From positions 194-64,193 of the forward strand of contig JAFNKG010000005.1 of assembly GCA_017883965.1 (NCBI GenBank): a stretch of 64,000 nucleotides of DNA, read 5' to 3'. The DNA is from Candidatus Methanophagales archaeon (GTDB lineage Archaea > Halobacteriota > Syntropharchaeia > Alkanophagales > Methanospirareceae). Position 1 is the stretch's first letter, and every line of letters begins with the position of its first letter. A model generated the notes under the pieces. It was not told the DNA's origin and did not search any database. It saw only the letters and a program-made list of their open reading frames with translations. The position numbers and the translations under genes are program-made. Of the stretch, positions 39,242 to 47,022 are shown in pieces.

Positions 39242-40753
39242 ATGATACCTTATATCCTTTTTCAAATAACAGCAGTACCAATTATAGCCTCCGTATTCAT
39301 ATTTTTAACCAGACCAAGATTAGGTGAGAAAGCAGGCTGGATAGTGGGTATTACCCTCTTATACACTACTGCGCTTCTTTGTATGGTTGGCATCAGAGTT
39401 TATCAGGGCACAATAATTTATGAGGAATATCCATTAGCCCCGGCGGTGAATTTTAATCTTTTAGCCGACGGTTTGAGTATACCTGTTGCATTGATAATGA
39501 ATCTGTGCTGTGTAGTCCTGGCATTTTACTCAATACACTATGTAGGACACAGAATAGAGGTAATATATGGAGAAGTGGATAAAGAGACATGGCTTATGTA
39601 TTACACGAGGTTTTTCTTTTTATTTCCCTTCTTTTCCACGGGTTTCATGGGTATTGCCTTTTCTACAAACCTTATAGCGATGTATTTCTTCATGGAACTA
39701 TTGACTATTATTCCCCTTTATTTCATAATGGCTCAATTTGGTTATTCCGATTTTATAGAGCGTTATAAAGTTGCCCTAATGTGTCTTTTCTGGGGAATTG
39801 CTGGGGCGACCCTCTTCCTGATTGGTATCCTTTTAGCATATACCCAGATAGATAGCTTTGAAATCTCGGAGTTGCGCACTCTTTCGGGAAATCCAGTAAT
39901 TACCTGGATTATCTTATGCATGCTTCTTGGTTTATTTTCTAAGCTGGCAATATTTCCACTTCATGTTTGGATGCCCTGGGTTCACGCAGAGCATCCCACA
40001 TGCATAGCTGGATTGCTTGCGGTTTATGCGAATATAGCAGCTTATGTGATGGTTAGGGTTCTCATCTTGCCACTTTATAATGATTTCAAAGTTTTTGGCA
40101 TACCTATTATGGTGTTGGCTCTGGTAACCATGGTATATGGCTCTCTTCTTGCTATGGCTCAAAATGACGTGAAACGATTCGCTGCTTGCTCAACTATAAG
40201 CCAGATATCATATTCTGTCCTTGGACTGAGCGCACTCACAATCTGGAGTATTGAAGGGGGGCTCTTTTTCTTTTTGAGTCACATCATGGGTAAAGCAATT
40301 CTCTTCTCAACCGCTGGTATATTAGTCTATGTGACAGGGATCAGGGATATGAGAGAGATGGGTGGACTCGCATCCAGGATGCCAATAACTGCTACGCTCT
40401 GGATAATGGGCGCTATGATGCTCTCAGGCCTTCCGCCTTTTAGCACCTTCGCAGCAGAATGGATAATGTTCACAGGCATCTTCATGTTTGGAGCACATGG
40501 TCCTTCTATTGCACTGATAGTTGCAATTCTGGGTGTTTCTGCAGTTGGATTAACGATTGCTTACACATTCTGGTCCGCGAAGAGAATATTTTTTGGTCCA
40601 TTGAAACCTAATCTGTCAAATGATGAAATCAGGGACCCACCATTAACGATGTGTGTTCCACTTCTACTTTTAGCTGTTGTATCAATCATCCTTGGCCTGT
40701 ATCCTAAACCCATAATGGATCTTTTTCATTTTGTGATAGGAGGAGTAATATGA
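39242..40753 (+). CDS. NuoN/MrpD-family antiporter-like subunit (set B, N1')
   Basis: 503 aa and a paralog of 24296..25795. VWMPWVHAEHPTCIAGLLA is identical between the two. Confidence 0.8.
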   Translation: MIPYILFQITAVPIIASVFIFLTRPRLGEKAGWIVGITLLYTTALLCMVGIRVYQGTIIYEEYPLAPAVNFNLLADGLSIPVALIMNLCCVVLAFYSIHYVGHRIEVIYGEVDKETWLMYYTRFFFLFPFFSTGFMGIAFSTNLIAMYFFMELLTIIPLYFIMAQFGYSDFIERYKVALMCLFWGIAGATLFLIGILLAYTQIDSFEISELRTLSGNPVITWIILCMLLGLFSKLAIFPLHVWMPWVHAEHPTCIAGLLAVYANIAAYVMVRVLILPLYNDFKVFGIPIMVLALVTMVYGSLLAMAQNDVKRFAACSTISQISYSVLGLSALTIWSIEGGLFFFLSHIMGKAILFSTAGILVYVTGIRDMREMGGLASRMPITATLWIMGAMMLSGLPPFSTFAAEWIMFTGIFMFGAHGPSIALIVAILGVSAVGLTIAYTFWSAKRIFFGPLKPNLSNDEIRDPPLTMCVPLLLLAVVSIILGLYPKPIMDLFHFVIGGVI

Positions 40754-41013
40754 GTGCTTGAAAAACTAAGACTTGACCGACAATTACGCTTGACACAGAC
40801 TGGTTCTACCGGATAACAGGATGTATTAAAACGCTTTTTCTCCAATCAAATTCATCGCTTTGTTATCCATTTAATTGCCCGCTGTTCTCGTCACTCGAAA
40901 CTTCCCCTTCTTCCATTGACAACGACCTTTCTTTGAAAAGAAAGCGTGACCAAAGAAATATGTTTTTAATAACAAAAAACCTTTTTATATATATAAAAAC
41001 AAACTTTTTGATT

Positions 41014-42402
41014 ATGATGGAAGCGAAAATGCCCCCGGAGTTAGCTGAGGCATTCTCCTCACCGAGAGGCTATTCACTGCTGATAAAGGGAGCGCCGGGG
41101 ACAGGGAAGACGATACTCGCACTTGAGCTAATCGGCGAGTTAGGCGAAGTTAATGCCGTTTACCTTTCAGCCCGGGTCTCCACTCACGCCCTTTACGACC
41201 AGCTCCCCTGGCTGGACGAATGTGTCAGCCCGTTGAACCTGATAGATGCCACAAAGTTCTACGTATCTTCGGATATAGTTCCAGGAGTGCAATCTTTCCC
41301 TGATATTCTTTACACAAGGTTAGGGAAAATAAAAAAACCCGCTACCGTTGTAATTGATAGCTGGGAAGCGATAACATCTCAGATGGAGAGGGAAAAGACA
41401 GAAGCGCTGGAAGCGGCGATTACCGAATTAGCAAGACATGCCGAAATGAAATTGATACTCGTGTCAGAGAATCTTGGTATATCATCGCTTGATTACATGG
41501 TGGATGGGATAGTAACGCTAAAGCGTTTAACGCTGAATTACAGAAGGGCGAGGGAATTAGAGATAGAGAAATTAAGGGGTATCCGAATAGACCAGCCAAA
41601 ATATGCATTCTCCTTAGAAGGAGGCAGATTTCATTATTTCAGACCTTTCGAGCGGAGGAAAATAGAGAAGCCGAGAAGAGTAGAGATTGTGCAAAATAGC
41701 GAAGCATACTTGTCTACCGGGGTCCGGGACTTAGATAAAATTCTGAGCGGGGGATTCAGAAAGGGAAGTTTTAATATTATAGAAGCCGGAGATGATATGT
41801 CTGTTTTGGGTTACCAATCCATTATCGCTCACATGATTATAAACAGCATACAGCAAGGGAATAACTGTGTATGTATTCCATGTTGCGGCTGGAATGAGCG
41901 GAGATTGAGAAGGGGGATATTGCCTTTTGTAAATGAAGAAGACTATAATAAGTTTTTCACTGTATTCGAGATAGGTTCAGAGGAGAAGGAAGATGAGGGA
42001 GAGAATGTGAGAATATTGAAAGGAGAGTCGATGAAGACGGACTTTCCCAAATTCCGGGATTTCATTTCTGATTTGGAGCCGCAAGTAATGGTAATTATCG
42101 GAGCGGATACGCTGGAGTATCCATATCAGTTGAAAGAGAAAGGTAAAGTAGGTGAAATGGTGGGGATGTTATCCCGGTTGATGATAGATGTGAGGGATGC
42201 AGATAATGTAGGTGTATTTGGAGTGACTCCGGGGCTTGTGCTGAGCAGTGAGCTGATTCACCTCTCGTCAGTGCACCTGAAGTTGACCGTGCTCGATAGA
42301 AGTGTTATCCTTTACTGCAATCGCCCTGATACCAAAGTACATTGTCTGGAGAATGTTGTTACTGATGATAGTCTTAGAATAGAACTCACTGCTATTGTAT
42401 AG
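41014..42402 (+). CDS. KaiC/RecA-superfamily two-domain ATPase, paralog of 28817..30208
   Basis: Contains GYSLLIKGAPGTGKTILALELI. It shares the stretch FERRKIEKPRRVE with the first copy, and the DNA there is identical over about 35 nt. A TATA-like ttttatatatataaaa lies just upstream. The start was trimmed to the internal ATG. Confidence 0.65.
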   Translation: MMEAKMPPELAEAFSSPRGYSLLIKGAPGTGKTILALELIGELGEVNAVYLSARVSTHALYDQLPWLDECVSPLNLIDATKFYVSSDIVPGVQSFPDILYTRLGKIKKPATVVIDSWEAITSQMEREKTEALEAAITELARHAEMKLILVSENLGISSLDYMVDGIVTLKRLTLNYRRARELEIEKLRGIRIDQPKYAFSLEGGRFHYFRPFERRKIEKPRRVEIVQNSEAYLSTGVRDLDKILSGGFRKGSFNIIEAGDDMSVLGYQSIIAHMIINSIQQGNNCVCIPCCGWNERRLRRGILPFVNEEDYNKFFTVFEIGSEEKEDEGENVRILKGESMKTDFPKFRDFISDLEPQVMVIIGADTLEYPYQLKEKGKVGEMVGMLSRLMIDVRDADNVGVFGVTPGLVLSSELIHLSSVHLKLTVLDRSVILYCNRPDTKVHCLENVVTDDSLRIELTAIV

Positions 42403-43007
42403 GGAGGAAGAAATATGGAGATAGACGTGCAGGTAATGGTAGGCAGCAACATAATTATCACCTTTGGCAGGGTAGACGTGGAGTTGACGAAAGAACAGGC
42501 GGAGAAACTAAAAGTACTTCTTGTAGATGCCCTTGAGAGAAGTGAGCGTAATCTTCTCCTCAGAGGGGTCGATAAAGGCAAGTAAAGTCCTTTCCGTGAA
42601 GAGGAAGAAGTCATCGCCACATTTCTCTCTTATCTCTTCTATACTCTTATTATCGAAATAAATCCGCTTTCCTCTTTCATCCCCTGCTCTTTGAACAGAA
42701 GCAATAAGCTCGATAATATTCTTCTCTTTCCTTTCATTTTTCTCTTCCCCTTCGGGCTCTTCATCAACCATTTTATTATTTTCATTTATTGCTTCTTTTT
42801 CGTTAATAAAAAGCTTTTCTTTTTGATTTGAAATCTTTGGTATGAAAATACTTTATATTTTCATGCTTATGGGTGTCCCGGCGGGTCATGAAAGTTTCCT
42901 TTTGTTTTATCTCACTGGATATTAAAGGACTGAGAACCTGCATTCTGCATCTTCATTGAAATTTACCGAAAACTTTATAAAGCACTGGTGCCATATAAGT
43001 AATTGGA

Positions 43008-43021
43008 GACACAAGTGTCAC
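43008..43021 (+). promoter_or_regulatory. GACACA-a-GTGTCAC inverted heptamer upstream of the small-protein genes
   Basis: The sequence is gacacaagtgtcac. Confidence 0.3.
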
Positions 43022-43096
43022 GAAAGGCACAAAGAAGGAATGCCTCCGAAAAGGGATAAGGTAAAAGTGGTGTCCCGAAAGGGATAAAAAAAGAAG

Positions 43097-43378
43097 GTGG
43101 TGGGAATGGGAATAAAAAAAATAGTTGGCACGTGGCGATGCTTTGGCAAGGACCCGGTGCTCGCAACAAGGATAATGATAGATGTGGCGGGTGCGAAGTT
43201 ACTGGGGACATTTAATCCTGTATATAAGAAATACGAGCAGGATTTGGAAGTGACAAAGAGAAGATGCCACGAAGAAGCGGTCCAAAACCTGGCGATTGGG
43301 ACAGTGGCATTGATGTCGCTTGTCTTCGGGACTCTCTACCTGTTTATTTACCTGACGTATAGGGTGCTGTGGATTTAA
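43097..43378 (+). CDS. Small tail-anchored protein (CF.K.PV..TRIM family), copy 1
   Basis: 93 aa. Contains WRCFGKDPVLATRIMIDVAGAKLLGTFNPVYKKYEQDLEV followed by one TM helix. The gene and its leader are tandemly duplicated. Confidence 0.5.
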   Translation: MVGMGIKKIVGTWRCFGKDPVLATRIMIDVAGAKLLGTFNPVYKKYEQDLEVTKRRCHEEAVQNLAIGTVALMSLVFGTLYLFIYLTYRVLWI

Positions 43379-43431
43379 TTGAAGCTGTGGCGATAATTCC
43401 CGAAAGGGGATAAAATAGGAGGTGAAAGGGA

Positions 43432-43704
43432 ATGGAAATAAAAAAAATTGTCGGCACGTGGCGATGCTTTGGCAAGGACCCGGTGCTCGCAACAAGGATA
43501 ATGATAGATGTGGCAAGTGCGAAGTTACTGGGGACATTTAATCCTGTATATAAGAAATACGAGCAGGATTTGGAAGTGTGTAAGAGAAATTGCCCTGAGG
43601 TATCATGTCATAGTCTGGCTATCGGCACGGGGGTCCTGCTGGCAGTTCTTTTCGGCGTTTTTTGCGCAGTAGCGTATGCGATTCAGGTATTGGTCATTCC
43701 ATAA
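43432..43704 (+). CDS. Small tail-anchored protein (same family), copy 2, with a CPEV motif
   Basis: 90 aa. The N-terminal 45 aa are identical to those of copy 1, then NCPEVSCHSLAIG followed by a TM helix. Confidence 0.5.
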   Translation: MEIKKIVGTWRCFGKDPVLATRIMIDVASAKLLGTFNPVYKKYEQDLEVCKRNCPEVSCHSLAIGTGVLLAVLFGVFCAVAYAIQVLVIP

Positions 43705-43766
43705 ACGCCTGATTCAAGGCAGTAAAGAAGAAACAGATTTTGTCATCGCATAAAGATTAGGATACC

Positions 43767-43994
43767 ATGTTAAAAATGAGGGATGGAATGGAACTTGGAA
43801 AGGAGTTGAAAGGACTTATTATAGCTGGTATATGTGGTATAGGCGTAGCATTAGCTACATCTGCCTTATTTGTGGAGCATCATGAACATTTTTTTGGTTT
43901 CTACGCCCTATACGGGGCGATAGGAGTGGGATTCTTTCTATTAACCACGAAGATATTGTCCGCAATACAAAAGGAGGGGAGTCAAGATGATTGA
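43767..43994 (+). CDS. Small membrane protein with 2 TM helices
   Basis: 75 aa. It overlaps the downstream antiporter gene by 8 bp, in the same relative position as 22197..22433. Confidence 0.4.
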   Translation: MLKMRDGMELGKELKGLIIAGICGIGVALATSALFVEHHEHFFGFYALYGAIGVGFFLLTTKILSAIQKEGSQDD

Positions 43995-45810
43995 AATAAG
44001 TAGCATACCCAATATACCTCCTGTTCTCATTTACTTCGCAGGAGCTGCATTAATACCCCTGCTCGGAAAGGGTAAAGTGCGGAAGATTTATCTCATCATA
44101 TTAGCCGCGCTTGGATTGATATGTGTAACGTTATTAAGACCGCAGCCACCAAGTTGGGTATTCCCTATTCTACCGGGATTTGAACTGACACTCTTGCATG
44201 TAGATAGATTGAGCCTTATAATGGGCTACATATTTGTCATAGCGGGAGGTGCTGCGATATTATACTCGGTTAGCACTATAAAGGAGGCGGGACAATATGT
44301 GTGTGCGTTGCTATACCTGGGAAGCGCTTTAGGAGCGGTATTCGCGGGGGACTTCTTCACCCTGTATATCTTCTGGGAGATAATGGCGTTCTCTTCTCTT
44401 GGCTTGATATGGTATAGCCAAACGGAGAGGGCGACGAACGCAGGGATGCGATACATTTTGTTTCACCTGTTTGGTGGTTGTGCCCTTCTTGGCGGGATAA
44501 TAATTCATTATATGAATACCGGTTCTATCGCAGTAGGACCAGTAGAGCTTGGTATAGGATATTTTCTTTTGCTTATGGGGATAGGAGTAAATACTGCATT
44601 TATACCACTTCATACCTGGCTGCCGGATTCATATCCGAAGGCAACGATAGCTGGCACCATTTTTTTGTCCATATTCACGACAAAAATGGGTGTATACGTG
44701 CTTGCGAGGACCTTTTCGGGTGTAGAAGCGGTAGCATACATGGGCGGAGTGATGTGCCTCTATGGCGTTATATTTGCGATATTACAGAATGATGTAAGAA
44801 AACTTCTTTCGTATCACATTGTGAGTCAGTTGGGCTACATGGTAGCAGCGGTTGGAATAGGCACTTCAATAGCGATAAACGGAGGAATTGCACATCTTTT
44901 TAACAACCTGTTGTTCAAGACAACCCTGTTCATGTGTATGGGTGCAGTAATATACAGGACAGGGAAAAACAACCTCACAGAACTTGGTGGACTGGCGAAG
45001 AAGATGCCCGTGACGATGATAACATGTGTGATTGCGGCTCTTTCCATCTCCGGTGTTGCAGGCTTTAATGGATACATAAGTAAAGGAATGGTAATACACG
45101 CTGTGGAATTGGAGGGAATGCGTGTCCTCGCACTCGCTTTGATGCTGGGTTCAGTAGGCACACTTATTTCATTCTTAAAACTCACGTATTTCACGTTTTT
45201 CAGTAAAAATGAGAATATAGAAGCGAAGGAGGCGCCGTTACCCATGCTTGTTGCGATGAGCGTTACCGCTTTCCTTTGCGTTGCTATCGGGTTATACCCA
45301 AAGTTGCTTTACGGAATATTGCCTTACAAAGAGGTGGCGTTACATTATCAGGCATACGCACTCGGACACGCTTTAGGAACAGTAGAGTTGGTGCTGATGA
45401 CTGTTTTTATGTTCTTCTCGCTGGGGTTCTTCGTACCTCATGAGAAGATAACACGTGACATGGATTATATATACAGAAAGGTAGGGAGAGGGTTTATATG
45501 GTTCTGTGAGAAACCGTTAGTGAGTTTTGCGAATTCCATTGACGAGGGAATAATGAGAATAGCTTCTTCTTCTGTATGGTTCAGCAGGAATCCAGTAGCG
45601 GCATCAAGAATAATGGTAGATATGATGGGTGCAGTGGTGTTGAGACCTTTCAATCCAGTATATATGCGCTATGAACGAGACTTAGAAGAGGTGAAGAGAA
45701 TGTATCCTGGGGAGCCGGTGCAAAGCCTGGCTATCGGTAGTGGAGTGCTGCTGGTACTCGTCTTCTTCGCTTTCTATTTGGCGATATATTTGATGTATGG
45801 GCTAATGTAA
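43987..45810 (+). CDS. NuoM/MrpD-family antiporter-like subunit fused at its C-terminus to the small-protein domain (set B, M1')
   Basis: 607 aa. Contains WLPDSYPKATIAGTIFL and LLSYHIVSQLGYM. The last approximately 75 aa (NPVAASRIMVDMMGAVVLRPFNPVYMRYERDLEEV...PVQSLAIGSGVLL-TM) match the proteins at 43097 and 43432. Confidence 0.8.
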   Translation: MIEISSIPNIPPVLIYFAGAALIPLLGKGKVRKIYLIILAALGLICVTLLRPQPPSWVFPILPGFELTLLHVDRLSLIMGYIFVIAGGAAILYSVSTIKEAGQYVCALLYLGSALGAVFAGDFFTLYIFWEIMAFSSLGLIWYSQTERATNAGMRYILFHLFGGCALLGGIIIHYMNTGSIAVGPVELGIGYFLLLMGIGVNTAFIPLHTWLPDSYPKATIAGTIFLSIFTTKMGVYVLARTFSGVEAVAYMGGVMCLYGVIFAILQNDVRKLLSYHIVSQLGYMVAAVGIGTSIAINGGIAHLFNNLLFKTTLFMCMGAVIYRTGKNNLTELGGLAKKMPVTMITCVIAALSISGVAGFNGYISKGMVIHAVELEGMRVLALALMLGSVGTLISFLKLTYFTFFSKNENIEAKEAPLPMLVAMSVTAFLCVAIGLYPKLLYGILPYKEVALHYQAYALGHALGTVELVLMTVFMFFSLGFFVPHEKITRDMDYIYRKVGRGFIWFCEKPLVSFANSIDEGIMRIASSSVWFSRNPVAASRIMVDMMGAVVLRPFNPVYMRYERDLEEVKRMYPGEPVQSLAIGSGVLLVLVFFAFYLAIYLMYGLM

Positions 45811-45885
45811 ATGCATAAGAATTCGTATATCAGGGATACTACAGGCAATACAATACCGAAAATAAGTAAAGCCAAATGAGATTTC

Positions 45886-46028
45886 TTCCACAAGTACAAA
45901 TACGGAAAGCGATGGCATTCAGAGAGCACCTTCTCGGCGGTAAAGCGTAAATTTGGTGAATTTGTTTTCTACAATGCGATAATAGAGTATGATGTGACTC
46001 AAGGATCGTTTTTCGCAAACTTACTCTG
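45886..46028 (+). pseudogene. C-terminal fragment of an IS4/IS5-type (DDE_Tnp_1) transposase
   Basis: The translation FFHKYKYGKRWHSESTFSAVKRKFGEFVFYNAI matches the conserved transposase terminus YxxRWxIEtxFsxLKrxfG. No upstream portion of the gene is present. Confidence 0.45.
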
Positions 46029-46124
46029 AATAAAAGATATATGTATTAGTAAAAATCTTATATCGAAGATAGTTTAATTCTCAAAACAGCACTTCTTCTT
46101 ATCAAGTTAAATATTCTTTAGCAA

Positions 46125-47015
46125 ATGATCACGAAAGAATTGATAAAGAAAGTGACGGTGAACATTTTGAGGAGAGCGGAGACAACGCTTCCGAGCGATG
46201 TGAAAGAGGCACTGGTTCGTGCATACGAGTGCGAAGAGAATGAAATAGCAAAGGTGCAGTTGGAGGCGATGCTCGAAAATGTAAAGCTCGGCGAAACGAT
46301 GCAAAGACCTTTATGTCAGGACACGGGCATTCCGCTTTTTTACGTAACGCTCGGTAGTGGCAACGGAAACGTGAATCTTAACGATATCGAAAGTGGCATA
46401 CGCGAGGGTGTGAAGGAAGCGACGGAAATAATCCCTTTGCGCCCGAATGTGGTGGATGCGATAACAAGAGAAAGAGAGGGTGGAGAAGCGAATGTAGGTG
46501 ATAGAATGCCGTATATAGATTATAAAATTGAGACTGGTATAGATGGACTGGAGATAACGGCATTTCCAAAAGGCGGTGGTTCGGAGAATGTCAGTGCTTT
46601 TGCTATGCTTGCTCCTAAGCTGGGGGCGGAAGCGGAGAAGGAGATAAAGAAGTTTGTTCTTGAGGCGGTGCTCAATGCTGCCGGGAAACCTTGCCCGCCT
46701 ACTATCATTGGTGTTGGTATAGGTGGGTCTGCAGATATGGCGATGCGGCTCGCAAAAGCAGCGTTGCTTCGACCTGTATGCGTGAGAAACAAGAATGCGA
46801 GGATAGCGAGAATTGAGGAAGAGCTTCTTGAAGCGGTGAACAACACTGGTATCGGTCCTATGGGATTAGGAGGAAAAACAACGGCGCTTGATCTGCATAT
46901 AGAAACCGCAGCTACGCACATAACAAGTTTGCCAGTAGCAATAAATTTCCAGTGCTGGGCAGCTCGTAAAGCAGCGGCAAAAATATATTCGAGTGGCAGT
47001 GTAGAATATTTGTGA
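46125..47015 (+). CDS. fumA: Fe-S hydro-lyase, fumarate hydratase class I alpha subunit / tartrate dehydratase alpha type
   Basis: 296 aa. Contains PLCQDTGIPLFYV, the CQDTG signature. Confidence 0.7.
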   Translation: MITKELIKKVTVNILRRAETTLPSDVKEALVRAYECEENEIAKVQLEAMLENVKLGETMQRPLCQDTGIPLFYVTLGSGNGNVNLNDIESGIREGVKEATEIIPLRPNVVDAITREREGGEANVGDRMPYIDYKIETGIDGLEITAFPKGGGSENVSAFAMLAPKLGAEAEKEIKKFVLEAVLNAAGKPCPPTIIGVGIGGSADMAMRLAKAALLRPVCVRNKNARIARIEEELLEAVNNTGIGPMGLGGKTTALDLHIETAATHITSLPVAINFQCWAARKAAAKIYSSGSVEYL

Positions 47016-47022
47016 TAAATAG

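Larger units (their letters stand above)
43049..43730 (+). repeat. Tandem duplication (2 x about 335 bp) of a small gene plus its leader
   Basis: cccgaaaggg(g)ataaaa...ggcacgtggcgatgctttggcaaggacccggtgctcgcaacaaggataatgatagatgtggc is present twice. Confidence 0.6.

Noticed and set aside
42975-43537. Two near-identical minus-strand ORFs (MSPVTSHPPHLSLSLLRAPGPCQ...)
   Set aside because: They are antisense to the tandemly duplicated small plus-strand genes. They are an artefact of the duplication, are proline-rich and have no start context.
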